In this document: piece by piece, positions 50,842-59,862 of the stretch
How positions within the stretch are numbered: the stretch's first letter is position 1
How the letters are laid out: every line of letters starts with the position of its first letter
NCBI GenBank assembly: GCA_022820945.1
Contig: JAJEEP010000040.1
Coordinates: 47,536 to 111,535 of the forward strand
Direction of reading: 5' to 3'
Length of the DNA stretch: 64,000 nt
Source of the DNA: Alphaproteobacteria bacterium
Lineage (GTDB): Bacteria > Pseudomonadota > Alphaproteobacteria > UBA828
Notes under the pieces: model-generated
What the model was told of the DNA's origin: nothing
The model's input: the letters and a program-made list of their open reading frames with translations, nothing else
The model's database searches: none
Made by a program: the position numbers and the translations under genes

Positions 50842-51422
50842 CTCGCGCGCCCGAACAGAAGCCCGATCATTCGCCTCATCCACGCAACGATGACGATGCG
50901 TGTGAGTTGCGTGGCCTCGATTGCCTGGGGAGGCTCCTGACCGTCCGCGCCGGCATCGGCTTCCTGCCCACCGCGCGCGAGCTTGTTGCGGAGACGCTCT
51001 GCAAACTGCGCGGTGAGGTGGTTGGCGACGTCCTGAACGATCCCGGAGCGGCCGATTTGCGCGAGCGCGCCGGAAAGCTTGATGTCGCCCGAGAGCCTGA
51101 CGAACGATCCGCCGTCTTGCTCCTGAATTTCGTAGGCAATGCTCGCCTTCGCGCGGTTGCCACCCCGGCGATCGACGCCCGAGGCTTCGATCCTGGCGGT
51201 GCGTGCATCGTGGTCCGTCTCGGCAATGGTGGCCTCGCCTTCGAACGCAGCCGTCACCGGCCCGAGCTTGACCGTGACCTTGCCTTGGTAGGTCGCCTTG
51301 CTGGTCTGGCCCAGAAGCTCCGTGCCCGGCATGCAGGTCACGACCTCGGGCACGTCCTGGAAGAACTCCCAGACGCGATGGGCAGGCTGATCGATACTGA
51401 ACGAGGCTTCGATGTCCGGCAC
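50838..51422 (-). CDS. coxG: CoxG / SRPBCC (START-fold) accessory protein
   Basis: F.I.QP...VW.F..D...V..CMPG.EL, Y.GKV.VKLGPV...FEG, LSG.LAQ.GR.G.V.DV...L..QFA..L, amphipathic C-terminal tail. Confidence 0.85.
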   Translation of the reverse strand: MPDIEASFSIDQPAHRVWEFFQDVPEVVTCMPGTELLGQTSKATYQGKVTVKLGPVTAAFEGEATIAETDHDARTARIEASGVDRRGGNRAKASIAYEIQEQDGGSFVRLSGDIKLSGALAQIGRSGIVQDVANHLTAQFAERLRNKLARGGQEADAGADGQEPPQAIEATQLTRIVIVAWMRRMIGLLFGRAS

Positions 51423-51641
51423 GGCGTGATCTTGCGCGGCTGTTGTGTCTTGAAGCTAGGCGAAGTGGCGGCGCGACGGAAGTGCACCACTGTCCTCCTG
51501 CCGTACTCAAGACGTGCCGACGGCCGAGGAACGAAGTCGGCAACCTTCCGGGCAACCGGCGGGTGCGAACCGCCAAGCTCCGAGTGGCTTTGCTGCCCGA
51601 ATCCGCCGAAATCTCTTGCACCACCCCGCAGGACGCGATCG

Positions 51642-51679
51642 CCAGATGAGAACCACTTCACCAGATGAGCGCCACTTCA
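51642..51679. repeat. tandem 19-bp imperfect repeat
   Basis: CCAGATGAGAACCACTTCA (51642-51660) then CCAGATGAGCGCCACTTCA (51661-51679), 17/19 identical. Confidence 0.75.
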
Positions 51680-51900
51680 AATGAGTGGCGGATGGGGGGA
51701 CCGCCGGGGATAGATTGCGCACGTTTCCAAGCGTTACCAAACGTTCCGCTAAATCAAGCCTTGCGTTTCCACCGATATCCACCTGTTTTCGCTCGCAGTG
51801 TGGGAGTCGATGGGGGAGAGATAGGCGTGGCCGGCAAGGGTTCGATTCCCTCGGAATCCGCCATCAAAGCCCTGAAGAGGGGCCGCCTCACCGCCGCCTT

Positions 51901-52416
51901 CGTCCGAAGCGTCAGATCGTGGCGGAGACCCATGAGCCTGGGGTCTCGGTGCCGATGGTGGTGCAGCGCTACAACCTCAACGCCAATCGGATTTTCGGGT
52001 GGCGGCGGCTGTTTCGCGAGGCTGAGCGCGTCGGCGGGGTCGCCCGCTTCCTCGACGACGGCCGCATCTGCCTGACCAACAACGCCTCAGAGCGGGCGCT
52101 CAGGCCGCTGTGCCTCAAACGCAAATCATGGCTGTTCTGCGGCGGCGCGCGGGCGGCGCACGGGCGGCGGTGATGTACACTCTGATCGGCACCGCCAAGC
52201 TCAACGGTGTCGACCCCCAGGCTTGGCTTGCCGACGTCCTCGATCGCATCGCCGAGATGCCGCAGACCCGCCTGCCCGAACTCCTCCCCTGGCACTGGAA
52301 AGCCGAACGGCAGCAGGCCCTCGCCGCGTAGCCGGCACTCTGCACTCGAGACTTACCGGGCGTCCGGCGCCGGCAAAATTATGCCCAATGGCACGCGGCC
52401 TTCACCGGATGCTCAC
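51901..52416 (+). mobile_element. IS66-family remnant (tnpA fragment fused to the tnpC C-terminus, frameshifted, with right end)
   Basis: KRQIVAET.EPG.SV..V..RY.LNAN.IFGWRR (TnpA HTH) joined to RFLDDGRICLTNNASERALR...KRKSWLF, a frameshift, then RAAVMYTLIGTAKLNGVDPQAWLADVL..I.......ELLPW. Ends CCTTCACCGGATGCTCAC, resembling an IS66 right terminus. Confidence 0.88.
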
Positions 52417-52454
52417 ACAAAACTAAGATTCATCAATAGATTATAAGAGTTGGG

Positions 52455-52529
52455 TGGTGACCCCTACGGGAATTGAACCCGTGTCTCCACCTTGAAAGAG
52501 TGGTGTCCTAACCTCTAGACGAAGGGGTC
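52455..52529 (-). tRNA. tRNA-Glu (TTC)
   Basis: GACCCCTTCGTCTAGAGGTTAGGACACCACTCTTTCAAGGTGGAGACACGGGTTCAATTCCCGTAGGGGTCACCA: cloverleaf, anticodon TTC, encoded CCA. Confidence 0.96.
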
Positions 52530-52572
52530 ACTGCCATGGGCCGCGCTATGTAGCGGGCGTGGCGCCTCGAAA

Positions 52573-54381
52573 TCAAGGGCTCGATGGCGGGGGCGCGGGG
52601 GCGCCGTCGTCGATGTGCAGCTCGACGGCGCGGGTGCCCCGGCGGCGGTCAAGGCGGAGCCGACCCGCGAGGTGAAACGGGTGCCCCGCGCCCGCGAGCA
52701 GCGCGTGGCCCAGCGCGTTGTCGGCGGCGCGGAAGGCGATGCCCTTGAGCCGCCTGCCCGAGCGGCCGGCAAGCTGGCAGCGCACGTGGCCGCGGCCCAC
52801 GATGTCGGCGCGCAGCAGCTGGGCGCTGGCGATGGCGAAGCGGGGCTCGGGGTTGCCGGCGCCATAAGGGCCGGCCGACTCCAGCATTTCCAGCAGGTCC
52901 GCCGTCGCGCCCTCGACGCCAAGCGCGCCGTCGAGGCCGAGGGTTGGGACCCGCGCGGCCTCGTCTGCGTCCACCTCCAGGCGGTTACGCAGGAAATCCC
53001 CCAGCGGCGACAGCTTCGCCTTCTCCACGGTGAAGCCTGCCGCCATCGGATGGCCGCCGCCGTTGACCAGCAGCCCCGCCTGGCGGGCGGCGGTGATCGC
53101 AGCGCCGATATCGACGCCCGGCACCGAGCGGCAGGAGGCCTTGCCGACGCCATCCGCTCCATCCTCCCAGGCGACGACGACCGCCGGCCGGTTGTAGCGC
53201 TCCTTCAGCCGGCTCGCGACGATGCCAATGACTCCGGCATGCCAGCGCTCGTCGTGGGCGAGGACCAGGGACGCCGATGCGGGCGCACCGTCGCCGGCCA
53301 TCTCGACCTGCTCGATGGCCTCCTCCAGCACCGCCTGCTCGATCTGCTGGCGCTCGCGGTTGAGGGAGTCGAGGTGGCTCGCGATCTCGCGTGCGCTGTC
53401 GTCATCCTCGGTGGTCAGCAGGCGCGCGCCCAGGCTCGCTTCGCCCACCCGGCCGCCGGCGTTGACGCGAGGCCCCAGGGTGAAGCCCAGATGGTAGACC
53501 CCCGGCGGCTCCTCCAGCCCGGAGACATCGCTCAGTGCCCGGAGCCCCGCGTTGCGGCGCTGCCGCATCATCGTGAGCCCCTGGCGCACGAAGGCGCGGT
53601 TGACGCCGGTGAGCGGCACCACGTCGCATACGGTGCCGAGCGCCACGAGGTCGAGCCACTGCAGGAGGTCCGGCTCCTCGCACTCGCGGTACCAGCCTGC
53701 CTCGCGCAAGTGCCGGTTGAGCCCCACGACAAGGAGGAAGGCCACGCCCACGGCGGCGAGCTGGCGGTGGGGGCTCGCGTCATCGAGCCGGTTGGGGTCG
53801 ATCACCGCGCAGGCCTGGGGGAGCCGCGCCTCAGCCACGTGGTGGTCGACCACGATCACGTCGAGCCCGGCGTTGGCGGCGTCTTCGAGCGCGTCGAAGG
53901 CGCTGATTCCGCAATCGACGGTGATGACCACGCGCACGTCCTGCGCCGCGAGCATGCGCATGGCGGTGGCGTTCGGTCCGTAGCCCTCGCGCAGGCGGTC
54001 CGGGATGTAGATGGTCGGCGGGCCGGCAACGGCCTCGAAGAAGCGGCTGAGCAGTGCGGCCGAGGTCGCGCCGTCCACGTCGTAGTCGCCGAAGATCGCG
54101 ATCTTCTCGCCTGCCTCCAGCGCGCGGGCGAGCCGCGCGATGGCCGCCTCCATGTCCAGCAGGTGCAGAGGGTCGGGCAGGAGGCGGCGGAGCGTGGGAT
54201 CGAGGTAGTCCGGCGCCTCCTCCGCCGCAATGCCGCGGGCTGCGAGCACGCGGCCGACCAGTTCCGGCACCTCGACGGCCTGTGCGAGGGAGAGGCCGGC
54301 AAACGAATCGTCGAGCCGCGCGCGCCAGCGCTTGCCGAGCAGCGAACGCTCGACCCCGAGCATCGCCGCCCCGTCGCTCAT
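52573..54381 (-). CDS. recJ: single-stranded DNA exonuclease RecJ
   Basis: GDYDVDG, YIPDR..EGYG, TVDCG, DHH, DLVALGTVCDVVPL, GPRVNAGGR, GGGHPMAAG, GPYGAGNPEP. Confidence 0.96.
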   Translation of the reverse strand: MSDGAAMLGVERSLLGKRWRARLDDSFAGLSLAQAVEVPELVGRVLAARGIAAEEAPDYLDPTLRRLLPDPLHLLDMEAAIARLARALEAGEKIAIFGDYDVDGATSAALLSRFFEAVAGPPTIYIPDRLREGYGPNATAMRMLAAQDVRVVITVDCGISAFDALEDAANAGLDVIVVDHHVAEARLPQACAVIDPNRLDDASPHRQLAAVGVAFLLVVGLNRHLREAGWYRECEEPDLLQWLDLVALGTVCDVVPLTGVNRAFVRQGLTMMRQRRNAGLRALSDVSGLEEPPGVYHLGFTLGPRVNAGGRVGEASLGARLLTTEDDDSAREIASHLDSLNRERQQIEQAVLEEAIEQVEMAGDGAPASASLVLAHDERWHAGVIGIVASRLKERYNRPAVVVAWEDGADGVGKASCRSVPGVDIGAAITAARQAGLLVNGGGHPMAAGFTVEKAKLSPLGDFLRNRLEVDADEAARVPTLGLDGALGVEGATADLLEMLESAGPYGAGNPEPRFAIASAQLLRADIVGRGHVRCQLAGRSGRRLKGIAFRAADNALGHALLAGAGHPFHLAGRLRLDRRRGTRAVELHIDDGAPAPPPSSP

Positions 54382-54402
54382 CGAATCAGGTGCCGGAGCG
54401 AT

Positions 54403-55401
54403 TCACGCGCCGATGCGCTCGGGCGCGCGGGAAAAGTCGTGCTCGGCCTCGATCATGCGCACGGTGCCGGTGCGCGAGCGCATGACCACCGAGCTGGTGC
54501 GCGCGCCGTTGGGGAGCCGCGAGACGCCCCCCAGCATGGCGCCGTCGGTGACCCCGGTCGCGCAGAACATCACCTCGCCGCCGGCAAGCTCGTGCAGGGT
54601 GTACTTGCGGCTCAAGTCGGCAACGCCCATCGCCCGCGCGCGCCTCTTCTCGTCGTCGTTGCGGAAGACCAGCCGGCCCAACATCTGGCCGCCAATGCAG
54701 CGCAGCGCCGCGGCGGCGAGCACGCCCTCCGGCGCGCCGCCGATCCCCATGTAGATGTCGACGGTGCGGTTGAGCCGCGTGGTCGCGATCACGCCTGCGA
54801 CGTCGCCGTCCCGGATCAGCTGGATGCGCGCGCTGGTCTCGCGCACCTTGGCGATCAGCTCCTCGTGCCGGGGGCGGTCCAGGATCAGCACGGTCAGCTC
54901 GTTGACGTCGCAAGCCTTTGCCCTGGCGAGCTTCGCCAGAGTCGTGGCCGGCGGATCGTCGAGGTCGACCAGCTCGTCCGGCAGCCCGTCGCCGACGGCG
55001 ATCTTGTCCATGTAGGTGTCGGGCGCGGCAAGGAAGCCGCCTTTCTCCGCCATCGCGAGCACGGCGAGCGCATTGGGGCCGCCGGTGGCGCAGATGGTGG
55101 TGCCTTCGAGCGGGTCGAGCGCGACATCGAGGCTGGGCCCCTTGCCGGTGCCCACAGTCTCGCCGATGAAGAGCATCGGCGCCTCGTCCCGTTCGCCCTC
55201 GCCGATCACCACGGTGCCGTCGATGTCCAGGGCGTTGAGGCCGCGCCGCATGGCATCGACGGCGGCTTGATCCGCGGCCTTCTCGTCGCCGCGGCCGATC
55301 AGCCGGGCCGCCGCGCGGGCCGCGGCTTCGGTCACGCGCACTGCGTCCAGCGCCAGGTTACGGTCGAGGGAGGCCATCTCGTCGGCGATCTCGCTCCCCA
55401 C
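54403..55401 (-). CDS. glpX: class II fructose-1,6-bisphosphatase
   Basis: RVTEAAA, GRGDEKAADQAAV, VVIGEGERDEAPML, DPLEGTT, APDTYMDK, GIGGAPEGV, ATGVTDG. Confidence 0.96.
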   Translation of the reverse strand: MGSEIADEMASLDRNLALDAVRVTEAAARAAARLIGRGDEKAADQAAVDAMRRGLNALDIDGTVVIGEGERDEAPMLFIGETVGTGKGPSLDVALDPLEGTTICATGGPNALAVLAMAEKGGFLAAPDTYMDKIAVGDGLPDELVDLDDPPATTLAKLARAKACDVNELTVLILDRPRHEELIAKVRETSARIQLIRDGDVAGVIATTRLNRTVDIYMGIGGAPEGVLAAAALRCIGGQMLGRLVFRNDDEKRRARAMGVADLSRKYTLHELAGGEVMFCATGVTDGAMLGGVSRLPNGARTSSVVMRSRTGTVRMIEAEHDFSRAPERIGA

Positions 55402-55410
55402 CGATGCCTC

Positions 55411-56718
55411 CTAGAACGCTTCGATCCGGATCATGCGCGGCGGCTCCAGCACCGTGTCGAGGCGGTCGATTGCGGCGAGCGCGCTCACCACCGCCGACTC
55501 CTGTGCCTCGTGGGTGGTGAGCACCACGGGGACCAGCTCGCCGGGGTTCCGCCCGCGCTGCAGCATGGCCTCCACGGAGACCTGCTCGTCGCGCAGGCAG
55601 GCGGCGATGCCGGCAATCACGCCCGGCTTGTCCACCACCATCAGGCGAATGTAATAGGCGCCGACGTGGTGGTCCATGGGCTTCGCCGCCGGCCGGGACG
55701 TGCCCGCCGCCCCCGCGGGAAAGGCCGGCATGATCTGCCCGCGCGCAATGTCCACGAGGTCGGCGACCACGGCCGATGCTGTCGGTCCGGCGCCGGCACC
55801 GGGGCCTTCGAAGAGCGCGCTGCCGATCCGGTCGCCTTCCGCCACCACGGCGTTGAAGACGCCATCGACGCGGGCGATGGGCGCAGTCTCGCGGATCATG
55901 CAGGGGTGAACGCGCTGCGTGACCGCCGCCTCGCCGTCGCGGGTGATTCCCAGGAGCTTGACCCGGTAGCCGAGCTCGATGGCGAAGCCGATGTCGAGTG
56001 CGCTGACGTGGCGGATGCCCTCGACATGCACGGCGGCAAAATCCACCGGGCAGCCGAACACGACGCTGGTGAGAATCGCGAGCTTGTGGGCGGCGTCGAT
56101 GCCGTCGATGTCGGTGGAGGGATCGGCCTCCGCATAGCCAAGCTCCTGCGCCTCTTGCAGCACGGAGTCGAAATCGCGCGCCTGGCCAGCCTGTACCGAC
56201 TCGTGCATCGCCGTCATGATGTAGTTGCAGGTGCCGTTCAGGATGCCGTAGACGCCGCCGATCCGATTGCCTGCGAGGCCCTCGCGCAGCGCCTTGACGA
56301 TGGGGATGCCGCCCGCGACCGCGGCCTCGTAGCCGAGGTGGCGGTCCGCCTGCCGGGCGGCGTCCGCGAGCGCTGCGCCGTGGTGGGCGAGCAGTGCCTT
56401 GTTGGCCGTTACCAGATGCTTGCCGTTGGCGAAGGCGGTCTCGGAGAGCGCCCGCGCGATCCCTTCTGAGCCGCCGATCAGCTCGACCACGACGTCGACG
56501 GCAGGGTGGGCGGCAAGCGCCCGGGCGTCGTCGCACCAGTCGAGACCGTCAAGCGAGACCCCGCGATCCTTGCCCCTGTCGCGCGACGAGACAGCAACAG
56601 CCTCGATCGGCCGGCCCGTGCGTTGCTCCAGCAGCGTGGCGTTGTCCCGCAGCAGCGCAAGCACGCCGCAGCCGACCGTGCCCAGTCCGGCAATGCCGAT
56701 TCGTAGCGGCTCAGGCAT
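55411..56718 (-). CDS. hom: homoserine dehydrogenase
   Basis: GLGTVG, VELIGG, VTANKA, EAAVAGGIP, GILNGTCNYI, GYAEADP, GAGAGPTASAV, C-terminal ACT. Start placed at ATG 56718. Confidence 0.96.
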   Translation of the reverse strand: MPEPLRIGIAGLGTVGCGVLALLRDNATLLEQRTGRPIEAVAVSSRDRGKDRGVSLDGLDWCDDARALAAHPAVDVVVELIGGSEGIARALSETAFANGKHLVTANKALLAHHGAALADAARQADRHLGYEAAVAGGIPIVKALREGLAGNRIGGVYGILNGTCNYIMTAMHESVQAGQARDFDSVLQEAQELGYAEADPSTDIDGIDAAHKLAILTSVVFGCPVDFAAVHVEGIRHVSALDIGFAIELGYRVKLLGITRDGEAAVTQRVHPCMIRETAPIARVDGVFNAVVAEGDRIGSALFEGPGAGAGPTASAVVADLVDIARGQIMPAFPAGAAGTSRPAAKPMDHHVGAYYIRLMVVDKPGVIAGIAACLRDEQVSVEAMLQRGRNPGELVPVVLTTHEAQESAVVSALAAIDRLDTVLEPPRMIRIEAF

Positions 56719-56915
56719 AGGGGTGTGCTTCTTTCGGGTCGGTTCGTGGCGTGGGGTGAGTCCGGCCGACCGATCTCCGGCCGCCCGACTCACCATAGCA
56801 GCGATGGGTCACGACAGGGGAGGGGTCTCGACGGGCCGATCGTGAGGCGGGGTACACGGCACGCCGGCTGCTGCCGGTGCGCCGTTTGCGCGGGAGAGCA
56901 AAACGCCCGGCACGA

Positions 56916-57356
56916 TTATCCGCCGTTCGCCGCTGTGGGCTCCGCGGTCTCTCCCGCCGGCCTGTACACAGCCCGAACCTGCGTCATCGACTCGTCCGAT
57001 CCCACCCGGGCACGAAGCTCCTCCGCCGTGTGCTGCGCCTTCTCGCGGTCCGCCACCAGGCCGGCCGTCAGCTGGACGCGCTCTTCTGCGCTCGAAACCG
57101 CGGGGGCCTCGCTCGGCACCTCGCTGAGGGAGCGGTATGAGTCGTCGCCGGGCACTGCGTCGCTGCCGAAGATTTCGTCGTCGTCCTCGACATAGCTGAA
57201 CAGGTCGCCGATGTAGTCGGTCGTGTCCTCGATCGCCGTGCATCCTGTGACAAGGAGGCCGAGAGCGATCGGCGCGATCGCGAAGAGCGCCAGCGGCCGC
57301 ATCCGGCGCTGCCTCTGATCCTGCGCAGTCGTCGCGGTGTTCTGGTCGTCTTCCAT
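56916..57356 (-). CDS. hypothetical lipoprotein
   Basis: Basic N-region, hydrophobic stretch, lipobox LVTGC, AGGAG RBS upstream of ATG 57356; YRSLSEVP...GLVADRE.A segment. Confidence 0.6.
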   Translation of the reverse strand: MEDDQNTATTAQDQRQRRMRPLALFAIAPIALGLLVTGCTAIEDTTDYIGDLFSYVEDDDEIFGSDAVPGDDSYRSLSEVPSEAPAVSSAEERVQLTAGLVADREKAQHTAEELRARVGSDESMTQVRAVYRPAGETAEPTAANGG

Positions 57357-57507
57357 GGGGATTCTCCTGGGTGACTGGCGAGCCTCGCAACCGCCAGGAT
57401 TGAGAACGATCCGACTCGTTAGTAGCATATACGCGAATCCGTTCAATCGCATCAGCGGGTATCGGCCGAAGGCCGCGCCCGCCGAACCCACACGGACCCG
57501 GCTTGCA

Positions 57508-59301
57508 ATGCCCGATGACTCGTCTGCCGCTCGGGCGGCGGAAAACGATACGGCTGACCACGTCGCCGCCATTGCGGCGCAGAGTCAGCGCATGGTTGCG
57601 CGTTTCCTGAGCGGGCAGGGCGCGTCCGGCGCCGGGGCGGGTGCAGACCCACTCAACCTGAGCGCCGCCCTGGGAGCGATGGCGCGCAGCTTGGCCGACG
57701 ACCCCTCGCCGCTGATCGACGCCCAGAAGGCGTGGTGGGACGGCTACTTCAAGCTCTGGCAACAGGGTGCGCAGCGCCTGCAGGGCGAAGAGCCCGCCGA
57801 GCCGGTTGCCACGCCCGAGCCCGATGACCGGCGCTTTCGCGATCCGGCCTGGAGCGAGAGCTGGGTCTTCGATCACCTGAAGCAGTCGTACCTGCTGACC
57901 GCCGCCTGTATGCAGTCGGCGGTGGGGAGCCTGCGCGGCCTCGACGAGAAGGACGCCGCGAAGCTCGCCTTCTACACGCGTCAATTCGTCGATGCGCTGG
58001 CGCCGACCAATTTCCTCGCCACCAACCCGGCGGCGCTCAGGGAGACTGCCGAGACCAGGGGCGAAAATCTGCTGCGGGGCCTGCGCAACGTGCTCGACGA
58101 TCTGGAGCGCAACGAGGGCCGGTTTGCGCCCCGCATGTCGGGCGAGGGCCACTTCACCCTGGGTGAGACCATCGCGACGACACCCGGAAAGGTCGTGTTT
58201 CAAAACGACCTGATGCAGCTGATCCAGTATGTGCCCAGCACGGAAACGGTGTTTCGCCGGCCGCTCCTCGTCGTGCCGCCCTGGATCAACAAGTACTACG
58301 TGCTCGATCTCAGACCGAAGAACTCGTTCGTTAGGTGGGCCGTGTCAAAGGGTTACACGGTCTTCATGATCTCCTGGGTCAACCCGGACGAGCGGCTCGC
58401 GGACAAGACCTTCGAGGACTACATGGTGGAGGGCCCGCTGGCAGCGCTCGATGCGGTCGAGCGGGGGACGGGCGAGCGCGATATCGCGGCCATCGGCTAC
58501 TGCCTGGGCGGCACGCTGACGGCGGCGACGCTGGCGTACCTCGCGGCGCGGGACGACAAGCGGATCAGGAGCGCGACCTTCTTCGCCTCACTCGTCGATT
58601 TCGCAGAGCCCGGCGAGCTCGGAGTCTTCATTGATGATGCCCAGCTCGAATCGCTCGAGTCCATGATGGCGGAGAAGGGCTATCTCGAAGGCCGTCACAT
58701 GGCGACGACCTTCAACATGCTGCGCGCCAACGACCTGATCTGGTCCTTCGTGGTCAACAACTACCTGCTCGGCCGCGAGCCGCTGCCCTTCGACCTGCTG
58801 TTCTGGAATTCGGATTCCACCCGGATGCCGGCGGCGATGCACGCTTTCTACCTGCGCAAGATGTATCAGGAGAACCTGCTGGCCCAGCCGGACGGCCTGA
58901 GCCTCGCCGGCGTGCCCATAGACCTTCGCCGTATCGACGTCCCGACCTATATCGTGGCGACGCGGGAAGATCACATCGCGCCCTGGCAATCATGCTTCGC
59001 CGCCTGCGGTCTCTACCGGGGGCAGCGCCGCTTCGTCCTGGGCGCCTCCGGCCATATCGCCGGCATCATCAATCCGCCGGCGGCCGGCAAGTACGGCTAC
59101 TGGACCGGGCCGGTCGGGGAGTCGCCGGACGCCGAGAGCTGGCTCGCCGCTGCCGAGCGCCACGAGGGCTCCTGGTGGGACGACTGGCACGCCTGGCAGC
59201 GCCGCCGCGCGGGCGGCAAAAAAATGCCGGCGCGGGTCTCCGGCGAGGGCGCGCTCAGCCCGATCGAGGACGCGCCGGGCGCCTACGTTTCAGCGGCGTA
59301 G
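57508..59301 (+). CDS. phaC: class I polyhydroxyalkanoate synthase
   Basis: DRRF..PAW, APTNF..TNP, TPGKVVFQN, PPWINKYY.LDL, lipase box GYCLGG, LRANDLIW, DHIAPW, SGHIAG, GSWW, APG.YV. Start tentatively at ATG 57508. Confidence 0.96.
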   Translation: MPDDSSAARAAENDTADHVAAIAAQSQRMVARFLSGQGASGAGAGADPLNLSAALGAMARSLADDPSPLIDAQKAWWDGYFKLWQQGAQRLQGEEPAEPVATPEPDDRRFRDPAWSESWVFDHLKQSYLLTAACMQSAVGSLRGLDEKDAAKLAFYTRQFVDALAPTNFLATNPAALRETAETRGENLLRGLRNVLDDLERNEGRFAPRMSGEGHFTLGETIATTPGKVVFQNDLMQLIQYVPSTETVFRRPLLVVPPWINKYYVLDLRPKNSFVRWAVSKGYTVFMISWVNPDERLADKTFEDYMVEGPLAALDAVERGTGERDIAAIGYCLGGTLTAATLAYLAARDDKRIRSATFFASLVDFAEPGELGVFIDDAQLESLESMMAEKGYLEGRHMATTFNMLRANDLIWSFVVNNYLLGREPLPFDLLFWNSDSTRMPAAMHAFYLRKMYQENLLAQPDGLSLAGVPIDLRRIDVPTYIVATREDHIAPWQSCFAACGLYRGQRRFVLGASGHIAGIINPPAAGKYGYWTGPVGESPDAESWLAAAERHEGSWWDDWHAWQRRRAGGKKMPARVSGEGALSPIEDAPGAYVSAA

Positions 59302-59848
59302 CTGCACCTGCCCGCTGCGGCGGGCCCGAGGTTGCCCGGTACTCGCCGGCACGGTTCGCGTAGCGCCGGGCGATGATGGTGATGGTTTCGCGCTCGGCGT
59401 TGCTTACCATGCGTACCGCCTTCGCGGGCCGGCCCATCCACATCTCGCCGCTCTTGACCCGCTTGCCCGGTGTTACCAGCGCGCCGGCGGCGACCCAGGC
59501 GCTGCTCTCCACCACGGCGAAGTCCATCACCGTGGCGCCCATCCCGATCATGCAGGCGTCTTCAAGAATGCAGGCGTGCAGCAGGCACATGTGGCCCACC
59601 ACCACGTCGTCGCCGATGAGGGTGGGGCCGTCGGCCGTGGCGGTGTGGACGATGGTGCCGTCCTGGATGTTGCTGCGTGCACCGACGCGAATGTAGTTCA
59701 CGTCGCCGCGCAGGGCGCAGTTGAACCAGACGCTCGACCGCTCCCCGAGCACGACGTCGCCGATCACGTTGCTTCCCGCCGCGACGAAGGCGTTCGGCGC
59801 CACCTGCGGCCAGCGGTGGCGGTAGGGGTGCAGCAGGCCGGCGGACAT
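59255..59848 (-). CDS. gamma-carbonic-anhydrase-like (YrdA/PaaY) hexapeptide-repeat protein
   Basis: VIGDV.LG..SSVWFN..LRGDVNYI.VG.RSNIQDG..VH, VGH..LLH.C, IGMGA, VAAGALV.PGK, W.G.PAK. Confidence 0.9.
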   Translation of the reverse strand: MSAGLLHPYRHRWPQVAPNAFVAAGSNVIGDVVLGERSSVWFNCALRGDVNYIRVGARSNIQDGTIVHTATADGPTLIGDDVVVGHMCLLHACILEDACMIGMGATVMDFAVVESSAWVAAGALVTPGKRVKSGEMWMGRPAKAVRMVSNAERETITIIARRYANRAGEYRATSGPPQRAGAATPLKRRRPARPRSG

Positions 59849-59862
59849 GGGCTCCCGTCTCG

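Noticed and set aside
51774-51863. Complete tRNA gene ending at 51863
   Set aside because: Only a T-arm/CCA-like 3' piece is present; no matching 5' acceptor strand, D-arm or anticodon arm.
52615-56469. 1284-aa plus-strand ORF
   Set aside because: It lies antisense to recJ, glpX and hom and has no recognisable domains.
59255-59301. 47-bp convergent overlap of the gamma-CA-like gene with phaC
   Set aside because: The low-complexity C-terminal tail is most simply a drifted stop codon; no sign of function.
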